From a virus: DNA of 64,000 nt. The translations under genes and the position numbers were made by a program. The stretch lies in the IMG/VR virus record IMGVR_UViG_3300021420_000026, positions 6,221-70,220 of that record; one strand, written 5' to 3'. Position 1 is the first letter of the stretch; each line of letters begins with the position of its first letter. Below are positions 11,501 to 18,380 of the stretch, piece after piece. A model generated the notes under the pieces. The model saw only the letters and a list, made by a program, of their open reading frames with translations. It made no database searches and had not been told where the DNA came from.

Positions 11501-13838
11501 GGAGCTGGCGGCGATCAACCGCAACATGCTCGACTTCGCCGAGCGCGCGGGCGTGATCGATCCCGAGTCACGCAAAATGTGGGAGTCCGACTACTACGTG
11601 CCGTTCTATCGCGTCACCGACGACGCGGGCGCTGGGCCGTGGAGCGCGGGCTCGATGGCCAAGGTGCGCAACCCCATCATGCGTCTCATGGGATCCAAGG
11701 AGAAGCTGAATGACGTCACCGGTAACATCGTCCGCAACTGGTCGACGCTCATCAACGCCAGCATCAAGGCGCATGCTGTGCGCGTTGCTGTCGATAATCT
11801 TTCACAGGCCGGTGTGGCCGTACGAGTCCCCGCGCTTGAGCGGGGAGGCGACGCACTGGTCTCGACCAGCGAGATCAACAAGCTCCTACAGAAGCACGGC
11901 ATCACGCAGGGCCTGAGCCCGTCCGCCATCGGCGGCATCCAGAAGCTGATGAGCCTGAGCGCGCCGCAGGGCGACGACATAGTGCAGGTCTGGCGCGGTG
12001 GCAAGCGCGAGTACTACCGGCTGTCCGACCCCGCGCTCGCCACGGCGTTCGCCGCCCTCAAGGGCAGCGCGCTCAAGAACCTCGAAGACGACCCCATCGG
12101 CAAGGTCGTGGTCGGCGCCATGCGCATGCCCAAGATGGTGTTCACCAAGCTCACGACCGAGAACCCGCTGTTCGGCATCCGCACGCTCTACAAGGACAAC
12201 ATCAATGCGTGGACGGTCGGACGCGGGTACATGCCCGTGACGCCGGTCGTCTCCGCCATCACCGGCCTCGTGAAGACGATGCGCGGGAGCGAGAGCTTCA
12301 AGCGCATGGCCGCTGCCGGCGCCACGTTCAATGCCGGGCGCGCGGATCCCTACGACACCAACCTCACGGCGAAGCGCTACATCCGCTCGCCGAACATGGT
12401 CGGGCGCTCGTGGGACTTCTACCGCGACATGATGACCTCTGGCGAGAACGCCTCGCGCGTCACCATCTACGAGCGCACCGAGAAGGAGACGGGCAGCCAC
12501 AAGGTAGCGGCCTACGAGGCCCGCGACCTCATGGACTACGCGATGCGCGGCTCGAGCCCCATCGTCCAGTTCCTCGTCGAGACCGTGCCGTTCTGGGGCG
12601 CGCACGTGCAGGGCATCTACAAGACCGCGCGCAGCTTCGTGCCCGAGAACAGCCGGTCGTGGTCTCAGATCGCGGCGGGCGCGGCGAAGCGCATGGCGCC
12701 GATCCTCCTCAAAGGCGCGCTCCTGTCCGCGGCTTCGGCGGGGCTCTACATGAGCAACCGCAACAACCCCAACTATCAGGAGCTGACGGACCTCGACAAG
12801 GAACTGTACTACCACATCTACTTCGGCAGCTACCACGTGAAGCTACCCAAGGCCTTCGAGTCCGGCACCGTCTTCGGCACTGTGCCAGAGCTGATGGCGG
12901 ATGCGTTCATGAGCGACGACCCGCAGGTGGCCAAGGAGGACGCGCAGTCGCTGGTGCACGCCTTCGGCGCCGGCCTAAACCTCTACCCGCGCGTGACCGC
13001 GCTGACACCGCTGTGGGAGCTGTACACCAACCACAACACGTCGACCGGCGCGCCCATCCTCAGCGACTTCGACCAGAAGCTCATGCCCTCGGAACAGGTC
13101 GGGCCCAGCACCAGCTCCGCAGTTACCGCGCTCGCGCGCTCCATGCCGGGCATGGCGCCCGAGGCCCTGCAGAGCCCCAAGCGCCTGCAGCACCTGATTC
13201 AGGGCTACCTCGGCATCATGGGTTCGTACGGCATGGCGGCAGCCGACTACATGTACCGCAAGGCCACGGACCTGCCGGCGACTGCCGACCGCAACCTCGG
13301 CCAGATCCCGCTCGTGGGTCAGGTCGTGACGCGCACCGACCAGCCGCCGACGCAGACGCGCAGCCTCACCGAGCTGAGCAACATCATGATCGAGGCCAAC
13401 AAAGTACAGGACACGATCAAGGAGCTGCAGAAAAAGGAGGACGATGAGTCGCTCGAGCGCGCCGACACTCTGCAGCAGCAGAACGAGGAGTTGCTGAACG
13501 CTGGCGATCAGATCCGCCCGCTCTACGAGGACATCAAGAAGCTCAACGCCGCCAAGCGCCAGATCCAGCAGGATCCCAGCCTCAGCGGCAAAGAGAAGCA
13601 GGAGCAGCTGAACGACATCCAGAAGGACATCAACGACGAGGCGCGCGAGGCCTATCAGTACCGTCCGGGGTCGAAGCTCAGCAAAGAGCTGCTGCAGGAT
13701 ACGACTTCCGCGGTGACGCCAGCGGAGAAGGCGCGGATCCTGCGTAAAGCAGATCAGCCGGCGCTTGCGTCAATCGTCACGCAGTATGCGAAAGGGATGC
13801 CGGCCTCTGTTCAGTCGGCGATAGAGGAACTGTCATGA
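2508..13838 (+). CDS. giant multidomain (polyvalent-type) virion/ejection protein with P-loop NTPase/kinase-like, two zincin HExxH motifs, GNAT-like region and C-terminal coiled coil
   Basis: Single uninterrupted 3,776-aa frame with high third-position GC. Walker A GGSGSAKS at nt 4764-4787. HEFVH at 5856-5870 and HELGH at 9075-9089. GNAT-like segment RALTPGQGDGTKAL...WYKKLGFREVGE around 9970-10210. N-terminal tandem ~33-aa repeats (DIDYLxTN...W.KF..FG.LP.G). Lys/Glu/Gln-rich heptad region near 13380-13700. Confidence 0.8.
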   Translation: MADTDAQDSGQVAQPAADSSPPAQPTPQPSDIDYLKTNPHVWQKFQKQFGQLPDGFEKPVPTQTDIDYLNTNTSSWPKFEEAFGALPKGWAADKPAKLGDWEGDLPTVTVKPGAPESSWADVGRSALTTIGAGEERVGAAVQEAGGVKSFLSGAVTGILNKATGANAEDTSSPYSQAAIQFWQAQVLPEALKWAQENKASLTDDPMVKSAAERVGLRPDQFTKDWPTYAKMTPDQLEAAKSEARSKMQSSQEDMLKGSARRKLAGQTEEAYAPSVPEGSLKSAAFTAATNAPDIAGAVAVGMLPFGQIPAAAMLASDFTARAYSSGKDMGLSDADAKAYGVLSGATTFVPGVSVGSMLAKAPGTGLLLKTAIGKALGDSAATKLAGGTLDQGVALATMNLLQQGVDKGFISPDMSLKDAMQTMLHEMGSNAGMAAALTGFHMAVHRAANGPQTPKQLEDSLRPQGGAVPEASDEAILQAITDQQPVKPEDIKALAGKGLITVGKNTGKPMILPAGKRFMDEAKTARESASEAAKSNAEVDSKATEEADTSEKAPRTPDEAEDQATADARRAGAHNNAMQPEMREKQRQIDVAFADRDAEAERAKANDYIKAQNQRADEIIANSEHAVSENPGKMSIGDALATARQAPDAIRQQIPRNPDLTPEERNIESKFIDQIGSNVNKAIDDYKKMPATDGGRMISTDEVRMLSPDHQKDPSMAEAIHEPSSWLANVMFRRALAEPPGPNQDNHVIFTSGGSGSAKSSSLFGNEHENNSLTKRAQIIYDTAMESPANAMSKVEAARQAGKFVSVAFVYRDPVEAWRNGVLPRAMENGRIVNNRAHASTHTGAPEAVRQILEKYKDDPKVSVIAIDNSRGDGKAELMDPSEAIKLPSKVSIGRLNREALEALHANEISDHVYERATGLSAPARGEDGESAKDTKGELSRDRDAKPAESEHPPAAVREPAERGPAVDGKLNRIEQRSRRRLAAERERASALRVGGGKPGPYTQVADSLRKNGAAGLREVMGKPNVDRADNVRSTNSSHSILDTLFKHAEGKDPRVVDLIKALRAHMPDVPVNFVRDVVDKGKAIANAIGSYRNGVVQIKIQLGADSTSHMLLTALHEFVHAATYSAIEGDPTGPLATKMQALLNEARSLAAAQYGQATVDEHVAYFKNPVGDQPQNYNRNLYVLTNVHELMAEALSNHGAQKFLSELGAGARLNTLPATEPRGLFGKMIDNIAKFLGLKPDTRSLLSDIISTTGRVMQQQPAMGFGRANLLRIGEGEERGEDVARDMGAGKLSKLVQAAAELGALKIVRGVSRFEDWASAMTQELGKGVKPALRQLYDMAKDKTVDIRSLVYKTKKTGEFVGGPAGVGKDDLAPLRASLRKLAREGEFGKDWYDESSKAILDAVNGDREEAKKLAGLMSIFSSGAAVSANTTMALRAWYQWKAGEKVSVGTGKNNDVAQQWLDSGVEPTGMKRSNFYGNLLQSLEGDTSSVYSNGVTVDRWMMRALGYAKDVPTEAQYAFVSDQIRQVAKSLKWTPTQVQAAVWVAMKTRWEQVRADVNKEALKKGWVEQVKSSKGPVLEVLDPERYYGKMFDKAMAVTLDPEHIKRSAANFRTELLKHRAQVSWEAMPGSSSPRMRGIGDLPIEHLEAFQRDVSQAHVNPKTGNDQLMEALGILSMRHVDGNSAWFTDHGQVMRFRHWSVKPGLDTLDPKKMGTSGVGMSVEEKNRRNKVTALYPYDLEPGQPEKLVSDTAPHQYVVEIPAAKLYDSARDPRGFKQAAMEPVAMDADGNPTELAYNHDTFEQQVKDAGFTGYYVSDPGTELHGQARVFEPVRATPAAEYANTEPSGVLPYAKAGAQEIIYAPLAKGATTEPGAPLDPQAKALMQSYAAALGKLNHQDSVGWHRPRFGRIPEAFQNGVELHIPGATRDDYMRVYKQMTDELKREGLTDRQAAEFAPVQTDTGVRFLNWGALDNKAFQRAARRAFAEDSLFGKKYEHTPFAADGGLIDNDWKQHPRGEGYDSVIAGNGHTARIRDALRDIGGRIEEVYRDYAKRFRLDDTTSESSARAHQPTKASDPISLDQLKTGSGLHEDVLGRFGTFGAGDTLEQLKLYDLKRLTDNPKDAAELAKKLGFDVEYFSFESDPSKGVEFRLPRLGKNGYENGKLWLYDPRVGAGSFYDTEYTRAWRITHELGHALTEPLLQSRYGDSRRYGRLGQTLEVTRGVLGKQRQVTERPLTLMEAQRAVEWEDAAFRAQREVLKQLGVAISDEDFAREYNVNLSDAVYRVLSGNFGDPALSGFIPKNSTQPLEDVLGLLARAEGVLARSQNRAPTAGIDGPSYRPISDSEIRQALENRASGVKDVKFAARADEAVDYRVVVKDGKGNELDGPHQDLLFNNEQDASDHITTMADMHAGPAGAEVDHNHFWSQVTKGGKIDRTFAIEPVSRNPFRGQNPRGGEGTPAQRFIGEFEKQYPESGEIGERLVNGNTVVSMVHDPFKANTAYVPYVRALTPGQGDGTKALHDVVGLADKHGVALELNAVPIGTSMQSRQLIDWYKKLGFREVGEPESNAWGATSQLMRREPAEKPEQIPPFATNAGKGISAQDAAEVIRCAKEMFPQAVHHLATSIEDTPHEVQAIAAMRGLTDRVQAAYVREYDGTHVYLVQNNMRSVDEALRTMVEENVGHDGIAKTFGPAVGNLMDGFLRNEALRPAIIEMAAREGINLRAATTPVARKEALRAAAEEWLAHGAAREITGQKSPQGLQKAVRDVVAAVKVWAASKGLGVTLGHDEALHALAKAHRYVTSGDWMTRISEQREEAEAGKVKFAAVPPSGNADLDELLNDKIGAEKVGWRTRLSGAVRDIRSRMVVSGLDRMYRVKQYEDDLKVPPAESGYISMRLSTNVAPLLRNLIEFGHLQWTETPGADVDKSMTPDFKEGKPLNQILAPLGNDPAMLRRFEGYLVALRSRDLMGQGRENLLEQRHVQAGLDLATTYPHFVTMQKELAAINRNMLDFAERAGVIDPESRKMWESDYYVPFYRVTDDAGAGPWSAGSMAKVRNPIMRLMGSKEKLNDVTGNIVRNWSTLINASIKAHAVRVAVDNLSQAGVAVRVPALERGGDALVSTSEINKLLQKHGITQGLSPSAIGGIQKLMSLSAPQGDDIVQVWRGGKREYYRLSDPALATAFAALKGSALKNLEDDPIGKVVVGAMRMPKMVFTKLTTENPLFGIRTLYKDNINAWTVGRGYMPVTPVVSAITGLVKTMRGSESFKRMAAAGATFNAGRADPYDTNLTAKRYIRSPNMVGRSWDFYRDMMTSGENASRVTIYERTEKETGSHKVAAYEARDLMDYAMRGSSPIVQFLVETVPFWGAHVQGIYKTARSFVPENSRSWSQIAAGAAKRMAPILLKGALLSAASAGLYMSNRNNPNYQELTDLDKELYYHIYFGSYHVKLPKAFESGTVFGTVPELMADAFMSDDPQVAKEDAQSLVHAFGAGLNLYPRVTALTPLWELYTNHNTSTGAPILSDFDQKLMPSEQVGPSTSSAVTALARSMPGMAPEALQSPKRLQHLIQGYLGIMGSYGMAAADYMYRKATDLPATADRNLGQIPLVGQVVTRTDQPPTQTRSLTELSNIMIEANKVQDTIKELQKKEDDESLERADTLQQQNEELLNAGDQIRPLYEDIKKLNAAKRQIQQDPSLSGKEKQEQLNDIQKDINDEAREAYQYRPGSKLSKELLQDTTSAVTPAEKARILRKADQPALASIVTQYAKGMPASVQSAIEELS

Positions 13839-14173
13839 CCGGCGAAATAGGCAACGCGCTTGAGGTACTCGGCGCCATCAACAAGGAAGCTGCGCGCAGG
13901 ATCGAGCGGCTCGAGGACGACCTGTACGGCAAAGACGGGCTGCGCGTTCTCATCACCACCCTCGCCACGCGACTGGAGGACGTACCGGAAAAACTGGACG
14001 CGCTCACCACCGAGGTGTCTGCTCTGAAGGTAGCTGAGCAGAACCACGCTGACTCCGTCAAGACGCGAAAGACAATTTTCAAGGAGACGCTCAAGTGGGC
14101 CAGCAAGGCCAGCGCTCCCCTGCTCGCCGGTGTCATCGGCGCGCTTACGCATCGCCATTTCTCTGGACACTAA
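13835..14173 (+). CDS. small coiled-coil protein with hydrophobic C-terminus
   Basis: ATGA overlap with the giant ORF stop; 112 aa; heptad-like LEDDLYGK...LDALTTEVSALKVAEQ; hydrophobic APLLAGVIGAL tail. Confidence 0.45.
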   Translation: MTGEIGNALEVLGAINKEAARRIERLEDDLYGKDGLRVLITTLATRLEDVPEKLDALTTEVSALKVAEQNHADSVKTRKTIFKETLKWASKASAPLLAGVIGALTHRHFSGH

Positions 14174-14648
14174 CGTGGACGCCAACTCGCTACGCCAGCT
14201 CATTCGCTCCACCCTGAGCCCGCTCGGGCTCTACTCTGCCGATGCAGAGGAACTTCTTATGGCGACTTGCGCGCAGGAAAGCCTGCTCGGCAAGTATCGC
14301 ACGCAGGCGCCCCATGGCCCGGCGCGGGGGATCTTCCAAGACGAGGGCGGGGATTTCAACGACCTGTGGGACCACTACCTCGTGCAGCAGGCGCATCTCG
14401 CGCAGCAGGTCGCGGCACTGAACGGAGGGCAGAAGGGTACAGTCGATGACCTCGTCAATAATGACGCCTACGCCATCGCCATCTGTCGGCTCCACTACAT
14501 GCGCGTCCCGCACCCGCTTCCCTCCGGCTCAAATCTGGCCGCAATGTGGCATATGTACAAAGTCTGGTACAATAGCATAAATGGGGCGGCGACTCAAGAC
14601 CAATTTTACGAGCACTACAAGACTCTTGTCAAGGGCCCGGCTGTTTGA
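14130..14648 (+). CDS. lytic transglycosylase / endolysin (SLT-like)
   Basis: 172-aa ORF with the motif MATCAQESLLG...GIFQ typical of Glu-Ser catalytic SLT domains; heads the lysis cassette. Alternative GTG start at 14175 directly after the upstream stop. Confidence 0.6.
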   Translation: MSSARLRIAISLDTNVDANSLRQLIRSTLSPLGLYSADAEELLMATCAQESLLGKYRTQAPHGPARGIFQDEGGDFNDLWDHYLVQQAHLAQQVAALNGGQKGTVDDLVNNDAYAIAICRLHYMRVPHPLPSGSNLAAMWHMYKVWYNSINGAATQDQFYEHYKTLVKGPAV

Positions 14649-15027
14649 GTTTGAGCCCGGATACTTTGTGTCTCGGTCTGGGAGAGTGCTCGGGCCGCGC
14701 GGCGGCTGGCTCAGGCCAGCTATTACCGGCGCCGGGTATCCGTACGTGCACGTGCGTGGCCGGACTAGGTACCTGCACAGGTTGGTGGCAGAGGCATTCA
14801 TCCCAAATCCAGAAGGGAAGCCGACAGTCAACCATAAAAATCGGATCAAGACAGATCCTGCGGTAAGAAATTTGGAGTGGGCAACTAGGTCAGAGCAGAT
14901 GCGCCGCCCGGCAAGGGTGGCGACATGCCACCCAAGAAAGCGCCACTGTGCGCACGGTCTATGCTACACGTGCTACATGCGCGGGTATCAGAGAAAGAAG
15001 AGGCTGGATACACCATGGCCCTCGTAA
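14581..15027 (+). CDS. HNH homing endonuclease (HNH_3-like) with C-terminal Cys/His cluster
   Basis: PGYFVSRSGRVLG...GYPYVHVRGRTRYLHRLVAEAFIPNP...VNHKNRIKTDPAVRNLEWATRSEQ matches free-standing phage HNH endonucleases; CHPRKRHCAHGLCYTCY zinc ribbon; overlaps the endolysin 3-prime end (alternative TTG start at 14626). Confidence 0.7.
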   Translation: MGRRLKTNFTSTTRLLSRARLFEFEPGYFVSRSGRVLGPRGGWLRPAITGAGYPYVHVRGRTRYLHRLVAEAFIPNPEGKPTVNHKNRIKTDPAVRNLEWATRSEQMRRPARVATCHPRKRHCAHGLCYTCYMRGYQRKKRLDTPWPS

Positions 15028-15233
15028 ACAAAAACGACTGCAGGGACTGGTTCGTCATGGGCACGATTGCGGCGGCGTGGGCCGCGGCGACCGTATACCT
15101 GTTCCGGTTCCACAGCGAGGTGACGTTCGCGGCGTGGTGCGGCCTATGCGCGACCATGGTCGGCGCCTACCACTACATCAACGTCCGCGATCAGAAGGAG
15201 GCAGACGCCTGTGCCGATTCTCACAATTCTTAA
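15015..15233 (+). CDS. holin (two-TM, class II-like)
   Basis: 72 aa from ATG 15015; two hydrophobic helices (FVMGTIAAAWAAATVYLF, FAAWCGLCATMVGAYHYI) and a charged C-terminus; sits between the endolysin/HNH and the spanins. Confidence 0.55.
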   Translation: MALVNKNDCRDWFVMGTIAAAWAAATVYLFRFHSEVTFAAWCGLCATMVGAYHYINVRDQKEADACADSHNS

Positions 15234-15642
15234 AGCGATCTGGGGCTTCCGAAGCTACTGGCCGTACTTGGTGATCCTGATCCTTGGCGGCGCTCTGAAG
15301 TTCGAGCACTCCAGACTGCTCTCGTCTCGGGCGGAAACTGCGGCCACAGCCACGCAACTGCGTACAGCGGTAGATGCCAACCAAGCTGATCTCGCAACCA
15401 TCTCTGCGCTTCAAACATCTCTGAAAGATGTGACGAAGAATCTGGCTGATGCGAAGACTGACGGCGAGCGTGCAGTACAGCAAGCAGCTCAGACATCCCG
15501 GGAATTGCAGCAGCGTCTCGCCGCTGCAGTGGCGGGTATAAACAAGGGGAATCCATCAGATGACGCCTTTCTTGCGCTTGACATCAACGCTACTCATCCT
15601 GACATCGCTCGCAGCCTGCGCGACGCCGACAGCAATCGTTAA
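15211..15642 (+). CDS. i-spanin (Rz-like)
   Basis: N-terminal TM (YWPYLVILILGGAL) followed by a long Ala/Gln-rich coiled coil; the o-spanin gene is partly embedded in its 3-prime end. Confidence 0.6.
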   Translation: MPILTILKAIWGFRSYWPYLVILILGGALKFEHSRLLSSRAETAATATQLRTAVDANQADLATISALQTSLKDVTKNLADAKTDGERAVQQAAQTSRELQQRLAAAVAGINKGNPSDDAFLALDINATHPDIARSLRDADSNR

Positions 15643-15838
15643 GACCGAGACCGTAGAGGTCACGAAGATTGTCCCGGTCCCTGCAGAGCTGACAGCGCCG
15701 TGCTCAGCCCCGCCTCTGTCAGGTCAAGGGGAGCTGACGGTGAAGGACGTGCTGATTTGGGCGATGACGAACCGGGCCGCGCTATCAGACTGTGATCAGC
15801 GGATGGCGAAGGTACGCGCGTTGGGCCCCCAGCCATAA
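15560..15838 (+). CDS. o-spanin (Rz1-like lipoprotein)
   Basis: Signal peptide with lipobox LAAC (LTSTLLILTSLAAC); short; out of frame and overlapping the i-spanin 3-prime end. Confidence 0.6.
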   Translation: MTPFLRLTSTLLILTSLAACATPTAIVKTETVEVTKIVPVPAELTAPCSAPPLSGQGELTVKDVLIWAMTNRAALSDCDQRMAKVRALGPQP

Positions 15839-16158
15839 CGCCAACGAACTCATCGTTCGTCGGCAGCTTCCCCGATTTGACCTCTGGCACCCTGACGAAG
15901 ATCGTTTTTGGGAACGCGCACCTGCCCTCTAGCTGCATCGCGGACTTGTGTGCCCACGTGCAGTCGAAGCAGTAGTTCGGCTCCGCGGAGTCTATCCGCC
16001 GAGGCACGGGATGATCCGACTCTTTGTCGAGCCAGTCTGAGTACTGTTCGTCGGAGTCGAAGCACGCTGGCGTCTTCATCGGCGGTCGTTCGCGCTGCCA
16101 GCGGCGACTATGCTGACAATGACGACCGTTAAAACCAACAGTATCAATCCACCCACGG

Positions 16159-16662
16159 CTACTCCTTCGTCTTGACCACCTTCAGATCCGCTGACTTGAT
16201 CTCGATGACCGGGATCAGAGCCGACGGGTTGTCGTGGGTCGAGCCGATGCGATACTTCAGCGCGCCGGTGTGAGACTCAGCCTCCGGCGTCCACATCACC
16301 TTCATGGCGACGGCGTCGGCGAAACGAATCACGAGAACCACGGTGTGCACTATATGCGCAACCGTCGGCATTGTCAAGAACGGAGTCGCGGGGTAGAGGT
16401 GGATGTCTTGGTCGCCGATGTTGTAGTTCAGGCGCCCGACCTCGACCAGCGTCTTGATCTGCATGGGCTGCTCGCCCTCGCGCTCGTACGAGCACCACTT
16501 CACGCCCCAGCCCGGCGGCAACCTCAAGAAGCGGCGCTTCACCGAGGCCCCGAGCTTGTTCATGAAGTCGATCTCCTCCATGGCCTGAGCCAGAGGCGTG
16601 CCGTCCGCGGTCTTGATCTCCTCGGTCTTTGCCGGAGGGGTTGCGCCGCCGTAGCCTTTCAT
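16159..16662 (-). CDS. hypothetical protein
   Basis: Start chosen at ATG 16662 (SD GGAGGT 7 nt upstream, ATGA overlap with the upstream small gene); the full ORF extends to 16716. Confidence 0.45.
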   Translation of the reverse strand: MKGYGGATPPAKTEEIKTADGTPLAQAMEEIDFMNKLGASVKRRFLRLPPGWGVKWCSYEREGEQPMQIKTLVEVGRLNYNIGDQDIHLYPATPFLTMPTVAHIVHTVVLVIRFADAVAMKVMWTPEAESHTGALKYRIGSTHDNPSALIPVIEIKSADLKVVKTKE

Positions 16663-16805
16663 ATCCGAGACCTCCAGTGCCACGCCTCGGTCCAGCCTAG
16701 GCTCGCCATCAGCCACGACACGGCCTCAGCGAAGTGCCCGACATGCCACTGCATGACGCCGGCAAAAAATGCCCCAAAGGCGATGCTCGCGTATACCAGC
16801 TTCAT
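16659..16805 (-). CDS. small membrane protein
   Basis: 48 aa, MKLVYASIAFGAFFAGVMQW...; ATGA overlap with the exonuclease stop and with the downstream gene start. Confidence 0.4.
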   Translation of the reverse strand: MKLVYASIAFGAFFAGVMQWHVGHFAEAVSWLMASLGWTEAWHWRSRI

Positions 16806-17476
16806 GGGGCAACTCCAAGTCGTGGGCCATCGTCGCCGAACAGCGGCGCCTGCGCCGTCTTCTGCCCAAGCTTCCAGATGGCGTGATTGTAGAACACCCA
16901 CAGCGCAGTCTGCCAGATGGCGTCGTCACCGGCGTGGTGGGCGATGGGATCCTTGTGGCTGGCGACGGGCACGCTCCACGTCCGAGAGACGCCGGCACGC
17001 CATGCCGCCTCCATGACGCCGGTCATGCAGCGCTCGCTGCGGAAGCCCCAGCTCGGCGTGATGCCGAAGTACTTCATCGCCTGCTTGATGATGACGAGAT
17101 CGAACGTGGCCGGGCGCGCGATGACGAAGCCGCCCATGGTGCGCGCCTCCTTGACGAAGGCGTTGAAGGCCTCGAGCAGGGACTTGCCGTCTGGGTAGAC
17201 GTACTGCAGCTGCTCGCCCTCGGGCCGCTGCAGGACACGCCGGGCCTTGGACTGCGTGCCCCACCACTCGAGTGTGGAGTTGTCGACGCTGCGCCCCTGC
17301 TGCGCCGGATCCTCCCACTGCACCTGCCCGTAGAACACCACGGGGTTCACCTTCTCGTAGGTGCGCAGGAAGCCGTTGTCGTCGAAGGCGACGGCGCCGA
17401 TGCTGAGGATGAAGGCGTTGGCGTCGGTCGACTTCGTCTCAATGTCGACCATGACGCTGCGGTCGTACTGTGCCAT
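16802..17476 (-). CDS. DEDDh 3-prime to 5-prime exonuclease (DnaQ/RNase T-like)
   Basis: MVDIETKST (Exo I) and HHAGDDAIWQTALW (Exo III, H-x4-D) motifs; start ATG 17476 with SD caGGAGtaggc. Confidence 0.65.
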   Translation of the reverse strand: MAQYDRSVMVDIETKSTDANAFILSIGAVAFDDNGFLRTYEKVNPVVFYGQVQWEDPAQQGRSVDNSTLEWWGTQSKARRVLQRPEGEQLQYVYPDGKSLLEAFNAFVKEARTMGGFVIARPATFDLVIIKQAMKYFGITPSWGFRSERCMTGVMEAAWRAGVSRTWSVPVASHKDPIAHHAGDDAIWQTALWVFYNHAIWKLGQKTAQAPLFGDDGPRLGVAP

Positions 17477-17478
17477 GC

Positions 17479-17712
17479 CTACTCCTGAGGGTCGTCTGGC
17501 GCAGGTATGCGCACGATGTGGCACCGGCGAAGCGGCTTCCAGATGCCGGAGTGCATGGCCCAGCAGCCGTCGGCACTGTAGTATACGCGCCCGTCCCTGA
17601 ATGGCGCCGTGGGCGCGTACCCGGGCGCAGATTCTCTGGATGCAACTACCCAGCATGCGAGCCCGACGCCTACGACGATACCCATCAAAAATGAGAAAAC
17701 AGCATCACTCAT
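17479..17712 (-). CDS. small membrane protein
   Basis: 77 aa with hydrophobic N-terminal helix FSFLMGIVVGVGLACWVVA; coupled to neighbours. Confidence 0.35.
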   Translation of the reverse strand: MSDAVFSFLMGIVVGVGLACWVVASRESAPGYAPTAPFRDGRVYYSADGCWAMHSGIWKPLRRCHIVRIPAPDDPQE

Positions 17713-18380
17713 GACTTACCCTTGGGCTCCTCGTCCTTCTCGAGCGTGACCTTGAAATACTGGCGCGCCGCCGTGTGGTAGACGATGATGCCCTCCGGGT
17801 TCAGGAACGGCGCGGCGTGACTACCGTGGAGTCTCAGCTCATTGAGCGCGGCGTCCACCGCGAAGTCCTGAGGACCGAAGCTCAGTTCAGGCACTACGTG
17901 ACAGCACAGCGGCGCCCATCTGGTTCCATCTGGCAAGGGGTCAGCGAGAATCTCCTGATCCGTCAGGTACGCTGTCGGATGTGGATACAGGTGCCTGTCA
18001 GCCCAGCGGCTGACGTTGAACAGTGAGAACCGCTTCTCGCCCTTTGGCAGGCCGTACCCGCGCTGGATGCCTGAGCCCCACCACTCGCCGTAGTGCGTTC
18101 CGACGCCGAGCTTCACTAGATCGTTGGCGTTCTTCAGCACCCACGTCGCGAATCCGAAGTTGTCGTTGCCCGGCGTGATGAAGCGGTTGCGCGAGCCAGC
18201 GAAGATGTCGTAGTTAAAACCCTCGTGAGTCACCATAGCAACCCGGTTGGTGTCAGCCTCGACAGTTGGATTGAACAGCGCAACGGTGACCGAGGCGTTG
18301 GTGCCGTCGATCTTCTCTGTGACGATGACGTTGCGCTTCAGGCGCGGGATCTTCGGGAACTCCTTGAACTCAAGAGCCAT
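17709..18380 (-). CDS. nucleotidyltransferase of the ligase/capping superfamily (putative RNA or DNA ligase, KxDG motif)
   Basis: N-terminal VIVTEKIDGTNASV contains the motif I lysine-adenylate signature KxDG; 223 aa is the size of minimal RNA ligases. Confidence 0.5.
   Translation of the reverse strand: MALEFKEFPKIPRLKRNVIVTEKIDGTNASVTVALFNPTVEADTNRVAMVTHEGFNYDIFAGSRNRFITPGNDNFGFATWVLKNANDLVKLGVGTHYGEWWGSGIQRGYGLPKGEKRFSLFNVSRWADRHLYPHPTAYLTDQEILADPLPDGTRWAPLCCHVVPELSFGPQDFAVDAALNELRLHGSHAAPFLNPEGIIVYHTAARQYFKVTLEKDEEPKGKS

Noticed and set aside
13400-13700. Possible separate coiled-coil gene at the end of the giant ORF
   Set aside because: No in-frame stop separates it from the upstream sequence; it is treated as the C-terminal coiled-coil domain of the giant protein.
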